Source: Candidatus Iainarchaeum sp. (GTDB lineage Archaea > B1Sed10-29 > WALL01). Taken from it: a stretch of DNA of 64,000 nucleotides. The notes beneath the pieces were generated by a model. The model was not told where the DNA came from. It saw only the letters and a list, made by a program, of their open reading frames with translations, and ran no database searches. The stretch spans positions 27,064 to 91,063 of the forward strand of contig JAGMCR010000009.1 in NCBI GenBank assembly GCA_023129115.1. Reading direction: 5' to 3'. Position 1 is the first letter of the stretch. Each line of letters starts with the position of its first letter. Made by a program: the position numbers and the translations under genes. Positions 47,802-56,610 of this stretch are shown here, one piece after another.

Positions 47802-48908
47802 ATGATTGATGGAAAAGAACTGTTTGGCGCAGTGCGGGACAAGGGCTGCATAGTCATGGCGGCCAACACGCGGATGACCCTTGTTACCGAAGGGATTTTC
47901 CGCGCTGCGAAGGACGCGGACTCTGTTGTTATGGTTGAGCTCGCGAAGAGCGAGAGCAACTTGAGCGGCGGATACACGGGATTGACTCCTGCGGAGCTCG
48001 CGAAGCGGTCGAAAGAGGCGGCCGAGGCAGTCGGGTTCGACGCGTGGTCCCTGCACGCGGACCACTTGACGGTGAAGAAAGGCACGCCAGAAGAGATTGC
48101 GGACACGAAGAAGCTGATTAAGGCGCAGATTGATGCGGGGTTCAACAGCTTTGCGATTGACGCGTCGTTTTTGTTCGACGAGTCCGGTGCGGCGCCGGCA
48201 GAGCAATTGGCGCGGAACGTTGAGGTCACTACCGAGCTGGTGAATTATATTAAGGACAACTATAACGGCGACTCGTTCGGTTTGGAGGTCGAGGTCGGCG
48301 AGATTGGGAAAAAGAGCGACGCGGGGCTGGTCGTGACTACTCCGGAGGAGGCGACTGCGTTCATTTCCGCGCTGAACAAGAACGATATTTTCCCGGACGC
48401 GCTCGCGATTGCGAACGGCTCGACGCACGGGAATATTTATGATTCCGAGGGCAGGCTGATGGAGCAGGTGTCGATTGACATTCCGCAGACCGTTGCCGTG
48501 GCGAAGGCGCTGGCGGCGATGGGGTCGGGCACGCGGATTGCGCAGCACGGGATTACTGGGACGCCGAGGGAACTGATTTACGAGAAGTTCCCGCACGGCG
48601 ACATTATCAAGGGCAATGTCGGGACTTTTTGGCAGAACGTTTGCTTTGACGCGTTCGAGGAGCTCGAGCCGGAGCTGTACAAGAAGATTCGCGACTGGAC
48701 TCTGGAGAACTACCGGGAGAAAATGCCGGGCAAGGGCGACGAGGAAGTGTTCGGCAAGATGGGCAAGAAGGCGGTCAAGGAATTCTTCGGCGAGATTTAT
48801 GCTGTTGGGGACGAGGCGAGGGAGAGGATTGACAGTGTTTCTTACAAGGAGGCGCTCGGGTTCTTCAAGGCCTTTAGGTCAGAGGGCAGCGCTTCTTTCC
48901 TCAAATAA
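47802..48908 (+). CDS. fba: Class II fructose-bisphosphate aldolase
   Basis: LHADH, EVEVGEIG, ALAIANGSTHG, AQHGITG, KGNVGT. Confidence 0.9.
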   Translation: MIDGKELFGAVRDKGCIVMAANTRMTLVTEGIFRAAKDADSVVMVELAKSESNLSGGYTGLTPAELAKRSKEAAEAVGFDAWSLHADHLTVKKGTPEEIADTKKLIKAQIDAGFNSFAIDASFLFDESGAAPAEQLARNVEVTTELVNYIKDNYNGDSFGLEVEVGEIGKKSDAGLVVTTPEEATAFISALNKNDIFPDALAIANGSTHGNIYDSEGRLMEQVSIDIPQTVAVAKALAAMGSGTRIAQHGITGTPRELIYEKFPHGDIIKGNVGTFWQNVCFDAFEELEPELYKKIRDWTLENYREKMPGKGDEEVFGKMGKKAVKEFFGEIYAVGDEARERIDSVSYKEALGFFKAFRSEGSASFLK

Positions 48909-48935
48909 TATAAGCGCTGGCGCGAATAACTAATT

Positions 48936-49985
48936 GTGGCAAAGAAGAAAGGCGCAGAGTGGAAGAGGAGCCGAAGGGAAAAACAGAGGGTAGCCGCGGT
49001 AGTGGAAAAGATTGCCAAAGAGGCGGGCGTCGAGACGCCTGCCAAGGGATGGGAGCTCTACACGCCCCCGGGCCTGCGAGAGGAAGAATTGAAGCCCGAG
49101 CACATGTTCTACAGCCTGAATCTTTTGCCCATGAGCAAAGCGAAGGCCGAAAAGGCGGGCGCAATTGGGATAAGGAGCGAGCTGGTCAAGTCAGGCCAGC
49201 CGGCGCCCTTCGTTATTACCATGACTTACCACGACGCGGAAGAAAGGATGCTCATGTCAAGGGAAGAGGCCAAGAACTCTTTGCCGTTCATCCAGGAAAT
49301 CAAAAGGCAGTACGGGGAAAAGCGGTGGGCCTACCCCGTGTTTTACGCCGACCCCGAAGACCCGTTCATCAAGGAGCTGCTCAAAAACGAGCAGATTGAG
49401 ATAGACAGGGAAAGGAAGCACGTCAACGTAAAAATCACGACCAAAATGTTCAATGCGATTACGGACAAGCTGTTCGGCCGCTACCTGAAGGCGCACGTTG
49501 GAGTGGAGATGGCGCTGCGCGCGAGCCCCAACACCAAAAAAAAGAGGGGCAAGCAATGGATGAGCGACCAGATGAGGGAGAGGCATAAACGGCACGCGCC
49601 CGTCTTCAAGGAAATCATTTGGTCTATTATAGACTCCATAAAGGAGAGCGAGGGCCTCGCGCTTGTCGACTACACTCTCCTGAACAAGAAAGAGAAGGGG
49701 CATGTCGACATAGTCGTGAACGGCATCATGCAAAACACGAAGCCGAGCCACAGGGAGAGCCTCATCAAGCTGGTCACAGAGAGCCTGAGGGAAAACATGT
49801 CGCCTGACTCCGAGGCGCCCGAGGAAAGCGCCCGGAACCTGGTGGCGTACTTGAACAGCGGGGAGGACGCGAAGCAGCTGCGCGCCTACCACGCCGCCAC
49901 GGAGTTCGAGGCGGGGGAGCTCCTCGCGCTCGTGAAAAAGGCGAACAAGCTGCAGTTCAAGAAGGAAAGGGGGGCGGGGAGCTAA
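48936..49985 (+). CDS. Hypothetical protein
   Basis: 349-aa ORF with host-like codon usage, coupled (TAATG) to the next gene. Confidence 0.7.
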   Translation: MAKKKGAEWKRSRREKQRVAAVVEKIAKEAGVETPAKGWELYTPPGLREEELKPEHMFYSLNLLPMSKAKAEKAGAIGIRSELVKSGQPAPFVITMTYHDAEERMLMSREEAKNSLPFIQEIKRQYGEKRWAYPVFYADPEDPFIKELLKNEQIEIDRERKHVNVKITTKMFNAITDKLFGRYLKAHVGVEMALRASPNTKKKRGKQWMSDQMRERHKRHAPVFKEIIWSIIDSIKESEGLALVDYTLLNKKEKGHVDIVVNGIMQNTKPSHRESLIKLVTESLRENMSPDSEAPEESARNLVAYLNSGEDAKQLRAYHAATEFEAGELLALVKKANKLQFKKERGAGS

Positions 49986-50404
49986 TGGGCACGCGCTACA
50001 AGCAGGGCTACATGCTAGAGAAGATGATTGTGGACAGGCTAAACAAGTCTGGCGAGTGGCTGTGCCAGCGCGGTCCCTCGAGCAAGGGAATCGATGTGCT
50101 CGCCTGCTCGAAGAAGCACTACAAGACCGTGTTCCTCGAGTGCAAGAACACGGACCAGTTGACGTTTTCAATCGCGCGCGAACAAGTGGTGGATTTGGTG
50201 CGCAAGGGATTCATCGGCGGGGCGGAAGTATACGTCGCAATCCACTGGCGGAAGCTGAGGCATGACACAGACAAGCGGAGGAAAAAATTGTGCCTTTACC
50301 CGATTGAGTTTTTGTCGAAGCAGTTCGACGGGAACGAGCAAAAGACTGTCACGTTCAAGCCGAGTGACTATCACTTGAGCTTTGAGGATGTGTTCAGGGT
50401 CTAG
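49985..50404 (+). CDS. Hjc-like PD-(D/E)XK nuclease (Holliday junction resolvase family)
   Basis: G...E..I...L, R.PSS, IDVLA, FLECK. Confidence 0.75.
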   Translation: MGTRYKQGYMLEKMIVDRLNKSGEWLCQRGPSSKGIDVLACSKKHYKTVFLECKNTDQLTFSIAREQVVDLVRKGFIGGAEVYVAIHWRKLRHDTDKRRKKLCLYPIEFLSKQFDGNEQKTVTFKPSDYHLSFEDVFRV

Positions 50405-51405
50405 CGTTTTTTGCGCTTCAGGCGGCGCAGGTACACCGCAAGTTCGTCTTTCATGCCTTCTGGAATCGGAATGTCTCGGTTGTCTGGAATCGCTTCTCGA
50501 GTATCGGGATGAACTAAATAATCTTTTGGGAGCACTTCCCCGGTATCGGGATGAACCAAATCCTTCCCAGTAAAAATTCCATAGCGGTAGTGCACCATGC
50601 CCGACTTTCCGGGGACCTTTAGCTCGGTTCCCTTCCTGACGGGCCTGCCCTCTGTCAATCCCTCTTTGTGGAGGGCGTTATCGATTTCCAGTGCAAGCTC
50701 GGCCGCCTCTTCTGGCGTCTCTGGATAAATCGTGATTAGCTTGCCGTGCAGGTTGTGCCCCGGGCTGTCCTTCAGTTCATCGAAATACTCTGGGCTGACA
50801 TACTTGTGGAGTACCTCCCTCTTCTGCAGAATCGGGAGCACCGTGTCTAGGACATCCCTCGAGTTGTTTTCGTTCGCAGTGATGTGCAGCTTGTATCCCT
50901 GATCGACATCGTTTTTGATGGAATACTCATGGAAGTTGCCGCCCCAAGGAAAATAAAAGCGTTTTTCATTAGTTTCTGGGGGATCATACTCCTCTTCTTC
51001 GTCCTCTTTCTCTTTCCACTTGAACATTAGCTTTTCGCGAGGCTCAGGGGCCTCATCGAGCCACTCCTGCTCGTCCCATTTGGGCTTCTCCTCGCCCCAT
51101 TCCACTAAGGGCTTTTGTTTGTCCCACTCCACTTCTGGCGCCTTTTTGTCCCACCCCACTTTGGGCTTTTCCTTGTCCCACTCGACTTTTGGCTTTGCGC
51201 CACGCTTCGCCGGAGGCCTCGGGGGCTGTGGCCCCTGGAGCTCTTTTATGCTTCTGATAATATCTTTCATCAGCGGTGCGGACCGAATCTTTGAGCCCGC
51301 GGGCTCCTCCCACCCGACTTTTGGCTTTTTGCCATGCTTCTTCCGAACCTCATGCGCTCGCGCCATTACTGGTATTAGGGGATTTGCTCTATAAAAATAC
51401 TGCAT
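50401..51405 (-). CDS. Protein with KPKVxWDK repeats and a LanKC/RamC N-terminal lyase-like domain
   Basis: QGYKLHIT, HKY, GKLITIYP, VHYRYG; start uncertain (51405 or 51366). Confidence 0.7.
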   Translation of the reverse strand: MQYFYRANPLIPVMARAHEVRKKHGKKPKVGWEEPAGSKIRSAPLMKDIIRSIKELQGPQPPRPPAKRGAKPKVEWDKEKPKVGWDKKAPEVEWDKQKPLVEWGEEKPKWDEQEWLDEAPEPREKLMFKWKEKEDEEEEYDPPETNEKRFYFPWGGNFHEYSIKNDVDQGYKLHITANENNSRDVLDTVLPILQKREVLHKYVSPEYFDELKDSPGHNLHGKLITIYPETPEEAAELALEIDNALHKEGLTEGRPVRKGTELKVPGKSGMVHYRYGIFTGKDLVHPDTGEVLPKDYLVHPDTREAIPDNRDIPIPEGMKDELAVYLRRLKRKKR

Positions 51406-51416
51406 TGAGCGAATTC

Positions 51417-52070
51417 TTACAGCCACTTCTTGAGCCACTCGACCGACACAGCAATCGCTTTTTCCTCGGGCCTCTTTGGCTCGTCTTCTTTCGACGCGGG
51501 CGCAAACGTGTGCCCCCCGCCCTCGACGAGGACGAACTTTTTTGGCTCTGGGAGCATCCAGTACATCATCTTTTGTGAGAGTGGGGGCACTGTCTTGTCC
51601 TTTTCGGCTGTGACGACGAGGACCGGGGCCTTGATTTTTCTGCCGGCCCACCAGTCGAGCGGGAACTGCAGCGGGAACAATGAGTAGGGGTACGAGAAGC
51701 CGCTCATCAGGACAAGCGCACGCACCCACGGGTGATGGGTGTGCACAGCAGTGCACGCGCCGAACGAGAGGCCAAGCAATCCAATGCGGCTGTACTTCGT
51801 GGCCGCGAAATCAAGTGCGGTGGTGAGGTCGCGGGCTTGAGAGCTGATGCTGCCCAAAGAAATTTTTGGGTGCAGGCCCGGGCTCTCGCCCTGGCCGGTG
51901 AAGTCAAAGCGGAGCACGGCAAACCCCTCCTTTACAAGGGCCTTCGATAGCTTCACGAAGAAGTTGTGGTCCTCGTCCTTGCTGCCGGTGAACCCGTGCG
52001 CGAGCACGACGCACTTGTTGGTCTTTTTCTTTGGCCTGTCCAGGACGAACGCGAGCCGGCCGTCAATCAT
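51417..52070 (-). CDS. Alpha/beta hydrolase
   Basis: AHGFTG, RFDFTGQGES, GLSFG, D..VP, GGHTF. Confidence 0.9.
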   Translation of the reverse strand: MIDGRLAFVLDRPKKKTNKCVVLAHGFTGSKDEDHNFFVKLSKALVKEGFAVLRFDFTGQGESPGLHPKISLGSISSQARDLTTALDFAATKYSRIGLLGLSFGACTAVHTHHPWVRALVLMSGFSYPYSLFPLQFPLDWWAGRKIKAPVLVVTAEKDKTVPPLSQKMMYWMLPEPKKFVLVEGGGHTFAPASKEDEPKRPEEKAIAVSVEWLKKWL

Positions 52071-53326
52071 CAATAGTCACCAAGCTTTTTCTGTGAATCC
52101 TGCTGTTGTGCTTTGTGGGTAGGGGGTTCCGTGCCGAACACAGGAACGCCGTATACTCCATCATAACCTGGCCGGATTTTGATTTTTCCCTCGCGGTTTT
52201 TCATGATGGCATTCACGATGCGCCGGTCAGTGGCCTCAGCAAGTTTTATAGAAGGCACATTAAGCAAAACATCGAACTCGCTGCCCAGCCCGAGCAGCTT
52301 GTTGTATTCCTTCCAAACTGTATTAGTCGCAACGCCTTTTTTCAAGACCCCTGCAAGGAGTTCTGACAGGGGGACCAATTTTTTGAATGGGGCTGCATTC
52401 TTGGGAGCGGCTCCTTCTGGCTGATTCGCTAACTGCTCAACACGGTACTCCACTCCAAGAGTAAGCGGGCGATTGCAGACCGGGCAAATCCCTTTGTGCT
52501 TTCGCGTTTCCTCTGGGGGAAAAGACACGCCGCAATTGCGGTGGCCGTCCCAGTGGTACTTTCCCTGTTCCGGGAAGTATTCAATTGTTGAATGAATATT
52601 CTTTTTCCTTATTGCGCTAATCACGTTTGCGTACGTGACATCCTTTAAGTCAAAAACAGTGCACTCGCGGCCCAGCCGCCAAGGCCAGTAGGAATGGGCG
52701 TCAGAAAAAGAGACCAATGCAATGCCGTCCAATTCCGAAAGCCTCCAGTTCATAGCGGGGTCAGAAGAAAGCCCTGTCTCAATCGCGTGAATGTGCCTTG
52801 TTTTTTCTTTGAAACATTCCTCCAGGCTGTCAAACCCGGATTTCGAGCCAAACACACCAAAATATGGAGTCCAGGCGTGTGCGGGAATGACTTCGATGCC
52901 CTTGGATATGGACAAGAGCATGTCCAGAAACTCTATTGAGGACTTCCCAAAAATTGGGCGCCCGTCATAATCCCTCCGCCCCCACTTGTCCAGCTCTTCG
53001 TTTATTTGGTCGACGACTTCAAACGACGGGGCGAGGACAACGTGATGCACCTTCCGGGACTTTCCGCCTTGCGAGTACATCAACGATATTTCCGTAGAAA
53101 GCAAGAAATCGAACCCTGTTTTTGTCTTGTAAATGCCTGTATCCCCCTCTGGCGAAAGCTCCCGCTTTAGCTCTGCCAGCCATTCAGGGTGCGTGAAATC
53201 AGCAGAGCCGAGCAGGCTTAGTCCCTTCATTCTCGCGTACTTCTCAAGGTTGGGGACAGTAATCGAACGAGACGTCGCTCTTGAAAACCTGCTGTGGATA
53301 TGCAAATCAGCGTATGTTAGGCTCAT
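52070..53326 (-). CDS. Endonuclease Q-family PHP protein
   Basis: DLHIHSRFSRATS, PAHAWTP, ETGLSSD, SDAHS, GKYH.DGHR.C, PGYDGVYG. Confidence 0.9.
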   Translation of the reverse strand: MSLTYADLHIHSRFSRATSRSITVPNLEKYARMKGLSLLGSADFTHPEWLAELKRELSPEGDTGIYKTKTGFDFLLSTEISLMYSQGGKSRKVHHVVLAPSFEVVDQINEELDKWGRRDYDGRPIFGKSSIEFLDMLLSISKGIEVIPAHAWTPYFGVFGSKSGFDSLEECFKEKTRHIHAIETGLSSDPAMNWRLSELDGIALVSFSDAHSYWPWRLGRECTVFDLKDVTYANVISAIRKKNIHSTIEYFPEQGKYHWDGHRNCGVSFPPEETRKHKGICPVCNRPLTLGVEYRVEQLANQPEGAAPKNAAPFKKLVPLSELLAGVLKKGVATNTVWKEYNKLLGLGSEFDVLLNVPSIKLAEATDRRIVNAIMKNREGKIKIRPGYDGVYGVPVFGTEPPTHKAQQQDSQKKLGDY

Positions 53327-53390
53327 CTAATTTCCTCGTGAGTTTATTTGATGACACAGCTATAAAAACGCTGGGGCACTAAAGCCAGGC

Positions 53391-53918
53391 GTGGACTTCA
53401 GGAAGGTGTTCAGCAGGAAGCGGCGGGACGAGCTCGTCGCCGAGACCGTCGAGTTCCTCAACAGCAGCTATCCGTTCATCGCGGGGAACGCGCTGGAGGG
53501 CCGGCTCAACGACATTGCGGCAGGGCACCTGATGAACTTGGCGCGGAGGGAAGAGCTGGCCGGCGGCCTCTCCAAGAAGGCGCTTGGGGAAATGGACAAG
53601 CTGTTTTTCCTGATGTCCCTGCGGGCGCTCAACATCTTCACGCGCGAGTGCCAGGGCCTAGCGCTCGTGAGGGCTGTGCGGGGCGAGGCGTTGCCCGGCC
53701 CGCCGATTGAGTCAATGCCCGAGCTTGCGGGCCTGCTCGAGGAGCGGATAAAGATTATTTCTGACGAGGAAGAGCTGCAGAAAAAGATGCTGCTCGCCGT
53801 CGCCAGTGGAAAGCCAAGGCGTGCGCTGTCCGGCCAGCTGAAAAAGAAGCAGGACGAGCTCCACGAGCTCACTGTCGAGATACAAAAAGTTGCCAGGATG
53901 GGCGGCGCCGTCACCTGA
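53391..53918 (+). CDS. Hypothetical helical protein
   Basis: 175-aa ORF filling the gap; upstream TATA-like tataaaaa; C-terminal coiled coil. Confidence 0.65.
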   Translation: MDFRKVFSRKRRDELVAETVEFLNSSYPFIAGNALEGRLNDIAAGHLMNLARREELAGGLSKKALGEMDKLFFLMSLRALNIFTRECQGLALVRAVRGEALPGPPIESMPELAGLLEERIKIISDEEELQKKMLLAVASGKPRRALSGQLKKKQDELHELTVEIQKVARMGGAVT

Positions 53919-54681
53919 TGTAGGTCGGGCCCTCGGCCGGGAGTGCGCTGAACGCTGCCTTCTGCTGCTGCTCCGCTTTTCTGGCCTTCTCAATCATTTT
54001 CTCCGTGTCCTTGGCGCGCTTCTCGAGCCTGGAGAGGTTGACGTCGACCTTGAGCAGCTTCTGCAGGACCTCGAGCACTGACTTCGCGGAGCGCGCGTCA
54101 ATTATTTGGCCGTGCGTCTCGCCCATGAGGCAGACGCCGTCCATGCCCCGGAGCTGGCCGAGGCCGAGCAAGAGGCCGGCCGCGCCGACAATCCCGCCGC
54201 CCGTCTTCTCGAACGAGACCCCCGCCTCGCGCAGCATTTTCTGGTGCTTCTTGTTCGTCACTGCGCCGAATACCTTGGGCTTGCGCGGGAGGTGCCCGGT
54301 CGCGAACCCGCCGAGCGTGTAGAGCATCTTGGTGTCGTACATCTCCGCGATGTCGAGCGTCTTGCCCGTGATTTCGTAGTGGCTGGTGGGCGTTGCGCCC
54401 TGGTGGTCGCCGACGATGAACAGCAGGTCCTTCTGTGTTTTTTTCTCTGCCTGCCAGTAGTAGAACTCGTTCTGCATCAGGCGCACGGTCCCGTCGTCCT
54501 GGATGATTACCTGTGGCGGGAAGTGCGGCGAGTGCATGGTCCCGAGCTTTTCTGCCTTCAGCTCCTTAATCATGTGGTCTGCCGCGAGCTTGCCGACCAG
54601 GCCCAGGCCAGGAAGGCCCTCGATAAGTATTGGCTTGTCGAGCCGGGCTTCCGTCTCAAGAACGACTTCGGTTGAGATCAT
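53911..54681 (-). CDS. PAC2-family proteasome assembly chaperone
   Basis: IEGLPGLGLVGK, TLGG, GIVGAAGLLLG, CLMGET; C-terminal YIR. Confidence 0.92.
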   Translation of the reverse strand: MISTEVVLETEARLDKPILIEGLPGLGLVGKLAADHMIKELKAEKLGTMHSPHFPPQVIIQDDGTVRLMQNEFYYWQAEKKTQKDLLFIVGDHQGATPTSHYEITGKTLDIAEMYDTKMLYTLGGFATGHLPRKPKVFGAVTNKKHQKMLREAGVSFEKTGGGIVGAAGLLLGLGQLRGMDGVCLMGETHGQIIDARSAKSVLEVLQKLLKVDVNLSRLEKRAKDTEKMIEKARKAEQQQKAAFSALPAEGPTYIR

Positions 54682-54815
54682 TTCGATTCCTCTTTTGCCT
54701 TGCGGCGGTAGTCTCCGTACTTGTCCGCGGGGGAGTACTTTGGCGGGTACGCCGTGACAGTCCCCTCCTCGGAAAAGGTGTATTCGCCGCTGGGGCGCTT
54801 CCGGAGCTTCTTCAT
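54678..54815 (-). CDS. nop10: H/ACA RNP protein Nop10
   Basis: Manual translation MKKLRKRPSGEYTFSEEGTVTAYPPKYSPADKYGDYRRKAKEESK (not in ORF track); between aIF2-alpha and PAC2. Confidence 0.88.
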   Translation of the reverse strand: MKKLRKRPSGEYTFSEEGTVTAYPPKYSPADKYGDYRRKAKEESK

Positions 54816-55573
54816 TTCTGCGCACGCTCTACAGACATTTCGCCGTGCTTCTTGAACTGCTTCTCGATTTTTTCGAGGCCGTTGCGCAGCACCTTCTCGG
54901 CGTCAGGGTAGTCCCCCGCGGTCACGGAGAGAGTGTACCCCGGCGCGCTGAGGTAGGTGACCGAGATGCCCTCTTTTTCGAGGGTCTGGAGCGCGGAGCG
55001 GAGCGTCTTGACGCCGTCCGGCTCGTACGACATTAGCGTGAGCTTGCGCGTGATTGTGACTTCGGGGGCCGTGACGTTTTCCTCGGCGAGCTTTACCAGG
55101 TGGTCCACCCACTTCTTGGGGAGCTTCAATTGCTTTATGGCCTCGGCGCCGCTTGCGCTGATGGCCTCGAACCCGGTGTAGAGGTCGCCGAACTCTTCCT
55201 TGAGCGGCTCCGCGACTTTCTTGTACGACTCCTTGGGGTCCTCCTTGAGCTCATTGGCCGCGCGCTCGAAGAGCTTGTCCGCGCGCTTGGCGCGCTTGTA
55301 CTGGCTCATGCGCCGCTTTTCCTGGTTGTCGTTGACCTTCCTCAGCGAGACGTCAATCATGCCCTTCTCGCGGTCCACGTTCGTGACCAGGGCGACGCGT
55401 ATCTGGCCCTCGCTGACGTGGCTCCGGATGTTTTTTATCCAGCCCGAAGCGATTTGCGAGATGTGGATGAAGCCCTCCTTTGGGTATTCCAGGAGGTCGA
55501 CAAAGGCGCCGTAGCCCTTGATGTTCTTTATCCTGCACACGACGAGCTCGTTGGGCTCGGGATATTCACTCAT
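54812..55573 (-). CDS. eif2a: Translation initiation factor 2 alpha
   Basis: YPEPNELVV S1 domain, GFIHIS, IDVSLR, SAPGY. Confidence 0.94.
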   Translation of the reverse strand: MSEYPEPNELVVCRIKNIKGYGAFVDLLEYPKEGFIHISQIASGWIKNIRSHVSEGQIRVALVTNVDREKGMIDVSLRKVNDNQEKRRMSQYKRAKRADKLFERAANELKEDPKESYKKVAEPLKEEFGDLYTGFEAISASGAEAIKQLKLPKKWVDHLVKLAEENVTAPEVTITRKLTLMSYEPDGVKTLRSALQTLEKEGISVTYLSAPGYTLSVTAGDYPDAEKVLRNGLEKIEKQFKKHGEMSVERAQK

Positions 55574-55575
55574 TT

Positions 55576-55752
55576 TCAGTATACCTTCACGACCTGTGCT
55601 TCCTTGGTGAGCTCGGCCTTGCCGCCCTTGGGCTCGGCCAGGATGGTCCTGCACTTGCTGCACTCGACGCGCTTCGTGGAGTGGCTGAACATCGTCTGCT
55701 CGTTGTCGCACGACGCGCACTTGACTGTCATGTATTTTGACTTTGGCTCCAT
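55576..55752 (-). CDS. rps27e: 30S ribosomal protein S27e
   Basis: SKYMTVKCASCDNEQ, CSKC, LAEPKGGKA. Confidence 0.94.
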   Translation of the reverse strand: MEPKSKYMTVKCASCDNEQTMFSHSTKRVECSKCRTILAEPKGGKAELTKEAQVVKVY

Positions 55753-55757
55753 GTGAA

Positions 55758-56039
55758 TCACTTCGTTAGCTCGAGGACCTTTTTCGTGCGGGTGCCGATT
55801 GTTTTGGGCCGCTTCTTGTTGCAGACCGTGCACGTGAGTATGACGGTCGGGTTCTTGGCCTGCTTGTAGACAGTGACCTTGCCGGCTATCTTGCTGGTGT
55901 AGCCCTTGCCCTTGAGCACGTGCCGCTTTTGCCCCACGGCGTCCTTGCGTGTCTTGCCCTTCTTGTAGAGCTTGACCTTGTGCTCCGTGTTCTTCTTGCA
56001 ATGCGGGCAATACGTCCTGATTTTGTCTGGCATCTTCAT
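55758..56039 (-). CDS. rpl44e: 50S ribosomal protein L44e (eL42)
   Basis: TYCPHCKKNTEHKV, CTVC; operon context. Confidence 0.92.
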   Translation of the reverse strand: MKMPDKIRTYCPHCKKNTEHKVKLYKKGKTRKDAVGQKRHVLKGKGYTSKIAGKVTVYKQAKNPTVILTCTVCNKKRPKTIGTRTKKVLELTK

Positions 56040-56052
56040 TGTGAATCACCGT

Positions 56053-56610
56053 TCACATAACTTCGACCAAGTCCTGCTTGGCGAGAAGCTCGGCCTCCGC
56101 CCTGGGCAGCTTCACTATGTCACCTGATTTGTATGGCCCGTACTCCTTGGTGTCAGAGCCGACAAAAACAGGTATTTCCTTGCGTACCCGGGCGAGAACT
56201 ACATTATTCCCGTTTTCCTTTATAAGTGTATCTTCATCCGCCACTTTAAGGGAATAGTCCCCCAGCATCACCCTGTCGAAGAATTTTTTGTTGCCGCGGA
56301 TGGCGTCGACAAGCGCCTTGAACAGCTTTTTTTCCTCTGCAGTCATGTGCTCGTCGTCGTACTCCTTGGTGCGGACAGACCGGAGCGCCTTCATCACGAG
56401 CTTCTGCTCGCGCTTGTCGAACACGTCCCGCGCCAGCTTCATCGAGTTCTCGAGCTCGCGGAAGCCGTCCCCTGAGTCCTTGCACTCCTTGGTGCACGTC
56501 TTTACGTAGGCGGCGAGCTCGGAATAGAACTTTGGCTCAATCTCTGCGATTCGGCTCGAGTTGCGCTCCTTGCGCTGGATTTCCCTTAGGTATTCGAAAG
56601 TTATCCCCAT
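56053..56610 (-). CDS. GINS subunit (Gins51-like)
   Basis: IPVFVGSDTKEYGPYKSGDIVKLP B-domain; directly after priS. Confidence 0.85.
   Translation of the reverse strand: MGITFEYLREIQRKERNSSRIAEIEPKFYSELAAYVKTCTKECKDSGDGFRELENSMKLARDVFDKREQKLVMKALRSVRTKEYDDEHMTAEEKKLFKALVDAIRGNKKFFDRVMLGDYSLKVADEDTLIKENGNNVVLARVRKEIPVFVGSDTKEYGPYKSGDIVKLPRAEAELLAKQDLVEVM

Noticed and set aside
51075-51195. 27-bp tandem repeats as a non-coding array
   Set aside because: In-frame degenerate repeats explained by the KPKVxWDK protein repeat.
55576-56049. Extended ORF-track starts implying fusions (rps27e here; also pcc1, SBDS, pdxS, eif2a, PAC2)
   Set aside because: The extensions overlap upstream genes in other frames; internal starts give normal-length proteins.
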